This document shows, in pieces, positions 39,884 through 52,012 of a DNA stretch of 64,000 nucleotides (within the stretch, counting starts at the first letter, position 1; each line of letters opens with the position of its first letter). Made by a program: the position numbers and the translations under genes. Source of the stretch: Mobula hypostoma (lineage: Eukaryota); assembly GCF_963921235.1 (NCBI RefSeq), contig NC_086115.1, forward strand, positions 61,196,001-61,260,000. Direction: 5' to 3'. The notes under the pieces were generated by a model, which did no database searches, had not been told where the DNA came from, and saw only the letters and a list, made by a program, of their open reading frames with translations.

Positions 39884-40484
39884 AAAATGGCAGCAAATTT
39901 AGGAAACTGAAAGGAAAACACTATCTCATATTGTCCTTTGACATGGAAGGGAACTTTTTGACTCATTAAGTGTCTACTGGCGGTTAGACAATCTTATCAA
40001 TCCAATTAGTCCATATTTTTCTCTGTGCTATATACTCCCTCTCTTCCTTCTTCATGCTGTCTCTCTCTCACACATATGCCTACTAACTTCTCATGCATCT
40101 AACCACACAATTAATTGCCAAATAACATGTCTTTGGTACGTGTGAAGAAACCAGAGACATAGAAGAAATTCACAGCATTTTTGCAAGAACATGGAAACTT
40201 GGAGGGCAGGATTGGATGCCTGTCATTAATAATACCTACTGTACCATCCTTCTACTTCATTGTGCATTTAGTCTAAGTGACAAATATGTACTTTCATCCC
40301 TTGTGTTCATTGGAAAGTTTATCATCCAGATTGTTACTATTTGGAGATGTGTGTAAAATGTCTATGTAAGTTCTATATGTTGCTTCACATGTTGATGGAA
40401 CAATTTGGTACAGTTATACAAAGCTCAAATGAAACTACTGCTCAAGGGAAATAGTAATTCAAATCTATAATAAACATGTAGAAT

Positions 40485-42450
40485 CATCATCATCATTATG
40501 TGCTGTGTGGTATAATGTGGGATCATGGTCTTCCATCTGACTTTAATCTGAGAAGTTCTAATAAGCTCTTCAGAACTTTTGACTGTCCATCCCTTGCTGT
40601 AACTCATGAATATCATGAACTGTTGACAGTGAGTTTTCCTTCAATCAGTTTTTCCCATCACTGCAAGATGCTCGAGCTTCTCTTTCCTCAGTACATGTCC
40701 CAGAAATTCCAGCTGATGTTTCCTGAGTGATGATACCAGGTCTCTTCTTATTCCAGCTTTTTGCATTACTTCATTTGTTTCTGTCCATCCACAATATTTT
40801 CGTCATTCTTCTCAAAAACCATATTTCTGCAGCTTCAAGTTTTCCCCCATTTTGCTTTGAATTGACCAATTAGTATTTTGCTGAAATGTTCAAATGTGCA
40901 TGGAACAATCCTAATCCTTCTAATTTCAATATCAACCCTACCGTCAGATGCCATCATGCTCCCTAAGTATTTGAACTTGAATGTTTGTTTACTTTCAGTT
41001 TACATTTCTGTATTTCTTTTGACTTTGTGACTATCATACATTTGGTCTTCTTGCAGTTGATGGTCAATCCTCTCTTTGCATTTTCTTCGATGACTTTATC
41101 TCGTATTTTGTGGAGCTTCTCTTTAGAATTAGCTATCAGCACTGTGTCACTTGCATATTGCATGTTGAATCCACCAATTATCATGCCTGGAATACAGCAA
41201 ATATATCTTAGAATCTTCTCACTGTACAGGTTGAATAGGTCGGGTGAGAGAACAGAACTCTGTCTGGCTCCCCTCTTAATATGGACAAAATCACTTGTCT
41301 TATTTTCAACTCTCGTTCCTGCTCTTTGTTCCCAATATAAATTTCTGATGATTCTGCTATCTTTCCCACCAGTAACCAAGTGCTGAAGGATTTTTATAAG
41401 TTCTCCATGTCTCCCCTTACAGAAGCGTTGGTATAATTGATGAAACATAGGTAAAGTCTCTCTGGACCTCTATGGTGTACTCACAAATCATTCTAAGGAT
41501 GAAAATTGCATATTGTGTTACCCTATCACCAATGAAGCCGCACTGTTCTTGCACGATCTCTGGTTTCATGCTTTTTCTTGCTCTCATCATGATGATTCAT
41601 AGCAGGCATCAGGCAACTATCTGAAACAAAATAGCAACATGGAATGTGAGAACTCTTTATCAAGCCATGAGACTGACCATATTTCAGTGATATGCAAGCT
41701 GAAGGTTAAGCTTAGGTGGCTATTGAAGTCTAAGGGTAATACTAAATTAGGCCTGGCTTGCTTGTAAAAAACAGACATGAAGATGAAATACACTACTAGT
41801 GAAGAACAGATTTGAAGCTTTAACAGTGGAGAACACACCAAGCTGATTGCAGTTCAGAAAGGCAGTGAAAGGTGTGTCTAATGAAGAGAAAATGGATGAC
41901 ATGAAATTCTGGGTCTAATGAAAGAAAGACAGAAAATTATGTCAAAGAACAGCGAAAAATACAAAACCTTGAACAAAGAAATAAAGCAAAAATGTAGAAG
42001 GTGAAAGAACAGTGGATAAGTGGAAAATATGAAGAGGTTAAGAAACTGAAAAAATTTGGCAATATGCACAGGCAGGTGAGGATGCTCATGGGTGCTTATT
42101 CTTGTAGATCTAGTGGGTGTTTGAAGGCAATAAGTAGATGGATACTCATGGAAAAGGGAGATATACTGGTTAGATGGTCTGAATACATTGCAGACTTGTT
42201 TAAAGATACAAGGGGAGCGAAGCCAATGGTTACTAAGAGCATGAAATCCCCACCGATTATAAAATCAGAAATGAAGCAGTAATGGGGAAAATGTAAAAGA
42301 ATAAGGCATGAGGACCAGATGGCATTGCTATAGAAGTGATTCAGGTACAGGAAGATTTTGGGATTGAAAGGTTGACAGATTTGCTGAATGAAATGTATGT
42401 TAGCGGGTAAGTACCTGAGGAAATGAGCAAGTCAGCATTTATTGCGCTGT
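40485..42450 (-). mobile_element. RTE-clade LINE with an inverted 5' segment (41605-42450 on +, 40485-41604 on -)
   Basis: Minus: IIRNLYWEQ...RGARQSSVLSPDLFNLYSE, (ATG)n tail. Plus: KIATWNVRTLYQA...RWSEYIADLF...GPDGI...FIAL. Decayed TSD at 40471-40484 / 42451-42464. Confidence 0.85.
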
Positions 42451-43186
42451 TGAATATGTGGAATATTCTATTAGTAAAAACAATTAATACCATATTGATT
42501 CAACCATGTTGCAAAGGCATTGTATAAGTGATGTGATACAGATGAGAAAATTAAAGCAAATAGTTTCAATATTTCATGGGATATAGGGATTGGATGGAAA
42601 TACAAAGACTATCCTTAACTGCGAGTAAGATTGACTACAGTGGTATGCAAAATAATAAAAGTGTTGATAGTTTTTTAAATTATTTATGTTTTTGTTGACA
42701 TTGGTGTTTAACTTTGAAAATGCTAACTCAACTGTAAGAAATACTAATTCTACAAAATTGATATTGACTACACTTTTTGGCTAAATTTCATAACCTCTTT
42801 AAAACAAATTTGTTGAGTACTGCATCACTGGTCCTCTTAGATTATAATAATTTGTTGATAAAGTATCATTACATTCACTGTTCCCTCATTTTTAATTTAT
42901 AAGTTTTTCATAGAATTCTGAAAACAAAACAGATCAGGATGAAATCTTATTTATTATTTTGTGTCCCACAATATCAATGTATGGTGGACACTTTAATGGC
43001 TTGCATTGAAAATCGATCAGCCCACGTAGGGGATGAATAGAATCATTTCTCAGTTCCGATATGAGATAAGATGCATCAAAGAGAGAGGTTATATCCCAGG
43101 TTTGAAAGGGTAAAACCTTTTTGGCTGATTTATTTCTCGTCAGGAGTGCTAAAGTTCAGCTAATAACACAAATTTATTGGTAATAT

Positions 43187-43303
43187 GCAGACCAAAAAAA
43201 CTGCAGATGTTGGAATCTGGAGCAATGCACAAGAGAGAGGGGATCTATTACTCATTCCAGATGAAGGGTCTCAGCCCAAAACATTGACTGCGCATTTCCC
43301 TCC
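43187..43303. mobile_element. Old small Penelope-like fold-back remnant
   Basis: ctgcagatgttggaatctggagcaa (minus end) joined to a + strand degenerate hammerhead cagatgaagggtctcagcccaaaacattgactg. Confidence 0.55.
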
Positions 43304-43659
43304 TCATATTACATGCCTAATCAACTGATTTGTGGCTGGTGCTTTACTATGAAGAGTTGTTCATGCAAATAATGTTCTGTCAAGAGCAATCAACCTGTTC
43401 AGGGGAAGACTGTGTGGATTTTCAGGACAAATGCTGCAAAACAATTATTAAACATACAAGTAACAGAAATTACTCTAAATCATTCTTTAAACATGTGAAG
43501 TTATTAAAATATACAAAATACTGGAATATGAAGCAGTAGCACTCGAAGTAAATAAGCCCTGATAATTGAAGACAATTAATTTGCTGAATATGCATCAGCT
43601 CTGAGCGACTGCTTGTAAATTTTTTGGGTTAAAGGTAATAACTGGACTTTTTTTAATAG

Positions 43660-45035
43660 TCTTTGATTGGAATACTGTGCAGACACAGTAGAAGCGCTCT
43701 CACGCAAGTCCAGTGAAGAGCTTTAGAAAGCAAGAAGTGTTTTCAACAGGAGGCTTTGATTGGAGTATTGCGCAGACACAGTAGACACATTCCCATGTAA
43801 GTCCGGCAAAGAGCTTTAAAACCCAGTATCCATAAAAAGGGCTACCATCTAGTAGAGCAGTCTGAGTCAGAGTGGTAAGGCTTTGGCTCAACAGGCTTTG
43901 GCAAGAACAGGCAGAGACAAGCTAAGTAGGTAAGCTCATTCCTTATTGCCTTTTTCTTACTTAACTCTAGAGAGGATAGGGGGTATGTCTACAGAGTCAG
44001 TGTCCTGTTTTGGGTATCAGATATGGGATTTCTGGGAGACTACCAGCCTCCTTGATAGCCACATCTGCACCAGGTGCATCGAGGCGTAGCTCCTTGGTGA
44101 TCATGCTAAAGAACTGGAGCTGCAGCTTGATGACCTTCGGATTGTTAGGGAAAGTGAAGAGGTGATAGACAGGAGCTACAGAGAAGTAGTTGTCCAAGGC
44201 TACGGGAGACAAATAAACAGGTGACTGTCAGAAGAGGGAAGGGAGAACATCAGATAGTGGAGAGCCCACCTGTGGCTGTCGTCCTCAACAATAAGTACTC
44301 CATTTTGAGTACTGTTGCGGTGGGACGACCTTCCTGGGGGAAGTAACAGCGGCTGTGCCTCTGGCACTTCTGCCCTGTGGCATGGAAGCATAAGGAACTG
44401 AAGTGGATGGCAGCAGTAAGAGGGGACTCTATAGTTAGGGGGACAGATAAGTGGTTCTGTGGATGTGGAAAAGAAACACAGATGGTAGCTTGCCCTCAAA
44501 ATGCTCGCGTCTGTGATATTTCTGTACACGTCCACAGTATCCTGAAATGGGAGAGGAAGCAGCCGGGAGTCATAGGACGTATTGTTACCAATGTCATAAG
44601 TAGAAAGAGGACGGGGGTCTTGAAAACAGAATATAAGCAGTTAGGAATCTGAAAAGCAGGGCCTCAAGGTTAGTAATCTCAGGATTGCTCCCTGTGTCAT
44701 GCTACAGTGAGGATAAGAATAGAATGAGGTGGCAGATAAGCACGAGGCCAAAGAATTGAAGCAGGGGGCAGGGATTCAGATTCCTGGATAATTGTGACCT
44801 TTTCTAGGGAAGGTGTGACCTGTACAAAAGGAATGGATTGTGCTTGAATCTGAGGGAGATCAATATTCTTGCAGGCAGGTTTACTTGAGCTGTTGGGAGT
44901 GGTTTAAACTAATGTGGCAGGGGGTTGGGAACCAGTTGGAGATGAGCCAGCAGGCTTAGAAACAGATGATGGTTGAAACATGGATGTAAGGAAGGACAAG
45001 CCAATGATTGAGTACAAATGTAGACAGAGCAAAGG
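43660..45035 (+). mobile_element. CR1 5'UTR (two ~93-bp tandem monomers) + decayed ORF1
   Basis: Repeats ctttgattgg..gcagacacagtaga..gagcttta at about 43660 and 43755; ORF1 AAVRGDSIVRGTD, similar to 35980-36900. Confidence 0.85.
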
Positions 45036-45239
45036 GTTAATTGTACTACAGATTCTGGGAATGAGGGGGTATTGTACTGTCTCATATGTGTGCTGTAGCA
45101 CTTACATTTTACTCGCAGTTATTTTGTAAATAACACAATTCTTTGCATTTCTGGTTCGATACTAACTGCATTTCACTGGCTTTGTATCTGTACTCAGCAC
45201 AATGACAATAAAATTAAATCTAATCTAATCTAATTAACA

Positions 45240-45692
45240 TCTGAGAAGTGTTTGGCAGCTTTGGGCCTGTATTCACTGGAATTTAGAAGAATGCAGGGGA
45301 TCTCATTGAAACCTACAGAATGTTGAAAGGACGAGATAGGGTGGATGTGGAGAAGATGGTTTCCTGTGATGGGGGTATCCAGAATTGTACAGTAAAGCCT
45401 CAAAATTGAGGGGCAACATTTTAATGCAGAGGTAAGAAGGAATTTTGTTTAGTAAGAGAGGAATTTTTTTAGTAAATCTGTGGAATGCTGGGCCACAGAC
45501 TGCAGTGGAGGCCAAGTTTGTGGGAATATTTAAAGCGGAAGTTGATAGTTTCCTTATTGATCAGGACATCAAAGTATATGGGAAGAAGGTAGATGTATGG
45601 GATCCGGGATCCGCCATAATAGAATGGTGGAGCAGACTCGATGGGCTGGATGGTCTAAATCTGCTCCTGTGTCTTATGATCTCCTGGTCATC
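45240..45692 (+). mobile_element. CR1 subfamily A-like 3' fragment
   Basis: Similar to 2230-2680; ends ctcctgtgtcttatgatct. Confidence 0.85.
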
Positions 45693-46334
45693 TTGTATGT
45701 GTAATACCATGTGAAATCTAGTTCATAAACCTTTTCACAGTTAGTCGTCATTATTTAGGCTCTATGATTGACTAACCAGAACTAATATTCACATGCATGT
45801 TTGTGACTCAGGTGTAATCAGCTACCATAATAGTAAGAATATCAGTCCATACATATCACAGTTATGCTAGACAGACAGATTGTGTTGTTGACCGAAGCTT
45901 TGGGAAGCCAACAGTATTAAATTTAAATTATTTAAATTTGAATTAAATTGGACCTTGGTTACCTGACCCAAGTGTGACAAGACCTGATGGGTTTGAGTCT
46001 GTGCTCATGAGCCATTCAGATTGAATGTTGCTCTGTCACACAGTCAAATAATAAGAAACACAGAGAAAGTATGAAGGTGTGTAGCAAGCGGTGTGTGTAT
46101 ATGAGAGAACCTTTGTTAACATCATTGACAAGTGGCCTTAGGACCTGATAACCCCTGCCTGGCCTAACTGCCAAGAGCAACTGCAAAAAAAAAGTAAGTA
46201 CAACTCCCATCAATCCACTTGCAATCAGTCCATAGTTAATTTAACATCAGTACATGTTATAAGTTAAATGTAAAATCAAAGCATCTACTTTTTATGGCTG
46301 TTTATGTGGAAAGGTTGCCTGCTTGAAGAATGTT

Positions 46335-46912
46335 GTCCCAACATGTCGATCTGTGGCCTTTTCTTATGCCAAGATGAAGCCGCCCTCAGGGTCGAGGAGC
46401 AACACCTTATATTCCATCTCGGTAGCCTATAACCTGATAGCATGAATATCGATTTCTCCTTCTAGTAAAAACATTCCCTCCTACTCCCCTCTTCTTTTAT
46501 TCCCCCACTCTGGCCTCTTAACTCTTCACACTTACTTATCACCTCCTCCTTCCCTTTCTGTGATGGTCCACTTTCCTCTCCTGTCAGATTCCTTCCTTTC
46601 CAGCCCTTTTAGGAAAGATAAAGGGCTGGAAAGGAAGGAATCTGACAGGAGAGGAAAGTGGACCATCACAGAAAGGGAAGGAGGAGGCGATAAGTAAGTG
46701 TGGCTTCACCTGGCTTCATTTATCACCTTGTAGCTATCCTCCTTCCCTCCCCCATCTTTTTATTCTGGCATCTTTCCCTTTCCTTTCTAGTCCTAAAGAA
46801 AGGTCTCAGCCCAAAATGTTGGCTGGTTATTCACTTTGACTTGCTGAGTTCCTCCAGTATTGTGTATGGGTTGCTTTGGATTTCCAGCATCTGCAGAGGT
46901 TCTTGTGTTTAA
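46335..46912 (+). mobile_element. Penelope-like 3' end (GIY-YIG tail, degenerate hammerhead at about 46790-46825) containing an 83-bp fold-back
   Basis: caagatgaagccgccctcagggtcgaggagcaacaccttatattccat... as at 49624-49700; terminus ccagcatctgcagaggttcttgtgttt. Confidence 0.8.
46527..46702. repeat. Inverted repeat: 83-bp arms, 10-nt spacer, one mismatch
   Basis: 46527-46609 versus 46620-46702. Confidence 0.95.
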
Positions 46913-47449
46913 AATTTAGGTCTTCTTCTTTCTACATGGACACTGTATGATCTACCTGAGCGTTTCTAATATCTTCTGACCTTTGAATATCTAGAATATG
47001 TTTTTCATATCTTCTATGGCGCCTGCCAACATTAGATCCTGGCCAAAGCAGTAAATCAATAAAACAATATGATAAATACAGGGACAAAGGCAAAAATAAT
47101 GTAAAGAAACAAACAGCTCAATGTTGGTATGCTGCCTGTATTTGAAACAATGCATCTGAATTAATCACAAGATGAACCCCCATGTCTGATTTCAAGGGCA
47201 GTTTAGTTTAATGTGTGCCAGCCACAATACTTGCATGCAGTAAAAATTCTTGAAATGACTACAACATATTTCAGGAAGACCTTTTCGATTTTTGTGATGA
47301 CCATAACACTTTTTCCTTTTTTTAAAAATTGGAATAAGCAGAACAATATCTGGTAATATACAGAAAAAATCAGTTTCATATTATTTTCAAATCTTCAGAA
47401 AATTCAACACAGTCCAGACAGATTCATCAGAATGTTACCTGGAATTATA

Positions 47450-47710
47450 AGCAGACATTGGTAAGGCTGGGTGTATTCTCACTGGAACACAGATGATGAA
47501 GGGGTAATGATGTACAAAGTTTTGAGAGGCACAGATAGGATAGATAGTCAGCATTTATTTCGCGTCTAGGGGACTCTAGGACTAGAGAGCATTGGTTTAA
47601 GGTGAGAAGGGAGAAATTTAAAGAATATCTGACTTGTAAATCTTTCCACACAGATTGTGATGAATATTTGGAATGAGCTGCTAGTGGAGGTAGATACGAT
47701 GTTTAAAATC
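47450..47710 (+). mobile_element. Old CR1 3' fragment
   Basis: ggctgggtgtattctcactgga...tttaaggtgagaagggagaaatttaa...tggaatgagctgc. Confidence 0.65.
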
Positions 47711-48751
47711 CCCTTTCGTCCTGTACATTTCTATGATAAATGAAACCCACAGAAAAGTTTATCAGGGATATTCTTAGAGAGGAGGGATCTAAAAACTGCT
47801 TCCTAAATTACATTTACTGCAGCTCCTGAGTCCCAGACTATTCAGATCATCAAGTTAAAGGTATTGGTGGTGTACGTCAGTTTTTAAATGTGTTAGAGTT
47901 TCGTGGCGATGCACACTTGTGACTTTTTGTATCAAGGACTACTGCAAGCTCCCGTTCATATATTTGGCATTATTTCTAGTATTTTCCTTTGCAGGGTCTT
48001 ACTCTGTGTGATTTTTTTGGCTTCTGATTTGTATAACCTCTATCATGGGAATGGCAATTAAGGTGAAAAGAACTTTAAATATCAGGCTGTCAGATCTTGC
48101 CAGATTTTTGCAGTGTTAAGCAACTTGGAATTCCTATTTAATCACCCTTTTATTTCTTTATATCTTATAACTTAATATTTCCTCTTCTGACAGTCGAACA
48201 CTTTTGACACCCGATTGCTGCACTGTGCGTATAATACTGCTTGTCTGTTTAAAGGTTGGGTTTGTCTGAACTTAAGCACCTTCACTCAATGATCCTTATT
48301 TTTCCTAAGATCAGTTAATATTTCTGGTGCTGAAGTAAATGACAGTGGTGAAATTTTAGCATGGAATGTATGGCTGAAATCAAAAATAAGCATCATCTCT
48401 CAGTGCTTCTGAGATATGTTGAATCTTGGATGACAGGAATTGAAAATACCCATCATGGAAGTGTGACTTTATGCTCTTGGGCGTTTCTGGAAAAACAGTC
48501 ACCAGGGCCGCGTGTGGCGACAAAATAAGCATAGGCAGAAAGTAAATGATTATGTAATTCAGTAAGTAAAGCTTGGTTATAAACTGTAATAAGTGACTGA
48601 GGTTGGTTTTATGTGCCCATAATCTTTATAAAAAAAAATGATAATTTCTTCGCAAACACGAGGAAATCTGCAGATGCTCTAATTTCAAGCAACACACATC
48701 AAAGTTGCTGGTGAACGCAGCAGGCCAGGCAGCATCCGTAGGAAGAGGTGC

Positions 48752-48787
48752 AGTCGACGTTTCAGGCCGAGACCCTTCGTCAGGACT
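48752..48787 (-). ncRNA. Minimal type I hammerhead ribozyme motif (identical to 18930-18965)
   Basis: AGUCCUGACGAAGGGUCUCGGCCUGAAACGUCGACU on the minus strand. Confidence 0.8.
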
Positions 48788-50018
48788 AACTGAAGGAAGA
48801 GTGAGTAAGGGATTTGAAAGTGGGAGGGGGAGGGGGAGATCCAAAATGATAGGAGAAGACAGGAGAGGGAGGGATGGAGCCAAGAGCTGGACAGGTGATA
48901 GGCAAAAGGGGATACGAGAGGATCATGGGACAGGAGGTCCAGGGAAAAAGAAAAGGGGGAGGGAAGAAGCCCAGAGGATGGGCAAGGGGTATAGTCAGAG
49001 GGACAGAGGGAGAAAAAGGAGAGAGAGATAAAGAATGTGTGTATATAGATAAATAAATAACGGATAGAGTACGAGGGGGAGGAGGGGCATTAGCGGAAGT
49101 TAGAGAAGTCAGTGCTCATGCCATCAGGTTGGAGGCTACCCAGATGGAATATAAGGTGTTGTTCCTCCAACCTGAGTGTGGCTTCATCTTTACAAGAGGA
49201 GACCGTGGATAGACATATCAGAATGGGAATAGGACGTGGAATTAAAATGTGTGGCCACTGGGAGATCCTGCTTTCTCTGCTGGACAGAGCGTATGTGTTC
49301 AGCGACACGATCTCCCAGGCTGTGTCGGGTTTCAGCGGAATGAGTTCCCAGTCTGCGTTGGGTTTCAGCGAACGGGTTTGAGTCGGCTGGGATGATATAC
49401 TGCGTCCGGTGCTCTCGATGAGTCGGCTGGGGTGATATACTGCGTCCGGTGCTCCCGATGCGGCTTTCTATATATTGGCGAGACCCGACACAGACTGGGA
49501 GATCATTTTGCTGAACACCTACGCTCTGTCTGCCAGAGAAAGCAGGATCTCCCAGTGGCCACACATTTTAATTCCACGTTCCATTCCCATTCTGACATGT
49601 CTATCCACGGCCTCCTCTACTATCAAGATGAAGCCACACACAGGTTGGAGGAACAACACCTTATATTCTGTCTGGGTAGCCTCTAACCTGATGGCATGAA
49701 CATTGACTTCTCTAACTTCTGCTAATGCCCCACCTCTCCCTGGTACCCCATCCGTTATTTATTTATATACACACATTCTTTTCCTCTCTCTCCTTTTTCT
49801 CCCTCTGTCCCTCTCACTATACCCCTTGCCCATCCTCTGGGCTTCCCCCCTCCCCCCTTTCTTTCTCCCTAGGCCTCCTGTCCCATGATCCTCTCGTATC
49901 CCTTTTGCCAATCTACTGTCCAGCTCTTGGCTCCATTACTCCCCCTCCTGTCTTCTCCTATCATTTCCAATCTCCCCCTTCCCCTCCCACTTTCAAATCT
50001 CTTACTAGCTCTTCTTTT

Positions 50019-50054
50019 AGTTCTGACGAAGGGTCTCGGCCCGAAACGTCGACT
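50019..50054 (+). ncRNA. Minimal type I hammerhead ribozyme motif on the ATRNL1 sense strand
   Basis: AGUU CUGACGA A GGG UCUCGG CCC GAAA CGUC GACU; core intact, stem I with one G-U pair. Confidence 0.72.
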
Positions 50055-50199
50055 CATAATTTCTTCATCATTTCTGCAAGCTGAAACATGTTCTCACCAC
50101 CAGTCATTTCCTACACCTCCCACCCCTTTCTGCTTTCCACCTGCGCTCAATCCGCAAGGACTGTCTTGAGCTCCTGGATGCAAGGCATTTCAAATCCCA

Positions 50200-51265
50200 G
50201 TCCCATTCCCAGGCTGACTTTTTTGTTCGCAACTTCCTTCACTGCCAGGGTGAGTAAAACAGCAACTGAAGCAGTAGCGCTCATATTCCATCGGAGTAGT
50301 CAATGTCCAATGGCATGAAAATCAAATTTCCCAATTTTATGTAACCTGCATCTCCTATGTTTCTTTCTCTCTCTTGATCCATCCAGGTTCTCTTTCACAT
50401 TTCTTTTCATCCAACATCCCTCCCCAGCTGCCCCCCCTCCCCCGTTGCCCAACCTCATTTCCCTTTCCCACCTGGTTTTATGCACCTATCACTCGTACAT
50501 TCAACCCACTTGTTCCCCTCTCCCCAGACCGTTCCTACTTGCCCAACATTCCTTCATTATCTGATTCCACTCATCACATTGCTTTGCATAAGCTGTAGCT
50601 CTCTGTTGTCTGAACTAATCATCTCCACGCCTCTGTTGCTAATTCCAACCCATCGTCCCATAGTCATAGTCATAGTCATAGTCATAGTCATACTTTATTG
50701 ATCCCGGGGGAAATTGTTTTTTTTTACATTTGCACCATAAATAATTAAATAGTAATATGTAAATTATGCTAGGAAATAAGTCCAGGACCAGCCTATTGGC
50801 TCAGGGTGTCTGACCCTCCAAGGGAGGAGTTGTAAAGTTTGATGGCCACAGACAGGAATGACTTCCTATGACACTCTGTGTTGCATCTGGGTGGAATGAG
50901 TCTCTGGCTGAATGTACTCCTGTGCCCAACCAGTACATTATGTAGTGAATAGGAATCATTGTCCAAGATGGCATGCAACTTGGACAGCATCCTCTTTTCA
51001 GAAAACCAGGACCCGGTGGTCCCCCACCTGGTTCCATTTATTCTTCCTCACTTAGATCCACCTATCACTTGTCATATTGTGCCTCACTCTTTACCCCTTG
51101 TCTCTTTCATTCAGCTATCTCCCCTTTACACTCTCAGTGATGATGCACGATCTCAGCCCAAAATATTGACTTTCCCAATCCCTCCACAGATGCTGTCTGA
51201 TCTGGAGTTCCTCTGGCAATTTGTCTTTTTTATATTGCTCCAGATCCCAGCATCTACAATCTCTT
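50200..51265 (+). mobile_element. Old Penelope-like 3' end split by a Rex insertion
   Basis: caatggcatgaaaatcaaattt..., pyrimidine-rich tail, cacagatgctgtctga...ccagcatctaca terminus. Confidence 0.55.
50658..51002 (-). mobile_element. Rex/Babar LINE 3' fragment (same family as 55575-56692)
   Basis: MLSKLHAILDN...GGSDTLSQ is nearly identical between the copies; (CATAGT)n tail. Confidence 0.92.
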
Positions 51266-51564
51266 CATTTATGAGCATGTATTTTCCACTTACTGTTTTC
51301 CCAGATGTTACTCATTTTCTTTGTGAGCACCTAATGCATTACTGTTTCCTTTGTTTTTTTTAAATGCAACTTTCTTCTAAATAAATTTAGTTTAGCAGTG
51401 ACTGTGGAAATACACTGCTTTTCTATGACTTTTAGAACGTGCTCATCTTCCAGTCATTGGCTGGTGATGTGCTACAGATATTCTAAAGGTGCTAGTCCTG
51501 GGAGACACCTGTGAAGGAAATTGAGGAGACTGAGGCTTTCATCACCCCATTTTAACCAAACTTT

Positions 51565-52012
51565 ACAGGAATATCACTGAGAATGCCCAGGCTAGCTGCG
51601 TCACTGCCTGGTACAGGATTGCAAGGCATCTGACTGCAGGTCTCTATTTTTGCTGAGAGGATTATCAGTGCCTCTTTTCCACCCATTAATCATCTTTATC
51701 AGGAGCGCTGCATACGCAGGCCTCAGCATTGTCAGTGATCCCTTCCACCTGTCCAACAATGTCTTTAAGCCCCGATCATCAGACAAAAACTGTTCGGATG
51801 CCACCATCCATGATCACCAATATCATAATACTACTTACTTTTTAACTTGTATCATATAAACATCTTATTATTTGTTAACATATTGAGATAATATTATTTG
51901 TGTGTTGTATGTGTGAGTTATATGTACTGTGTTGGTCTGGATGAACTTTGTCTCATTTAGCAGTATATATGTGTATGGTTGAATGACAATAAATTTCAAC
52001 TTGAACTTGAAA
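51565..52012 (+). mobile_element. Old Rex/L2-type LINE 3' fragment
   Basis: tcactgcctggta...agcattgtcagtgatcccttccacc...; tail gaatgacaataaatttcaacttgaacttgaa. Confidence 0.6.

Larger units (their letters stand above)
48652..50055. mobile_element. Penelope-like element: two inverted 3' segments (GIY-YIG C-terminus + terminal repeat), 11-bp TSD
   Basis: TSD ataatttcttc at 48641-48651 and 50056-50066; ORF 49432-49686 IYCVRCSRCGFLYIGET..RLGDHFAEH..VATHFN..H (PLE GIY-YIG); about 48752-49330 is the reverse complement of about 49480-50054. Confidence 0.92.
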
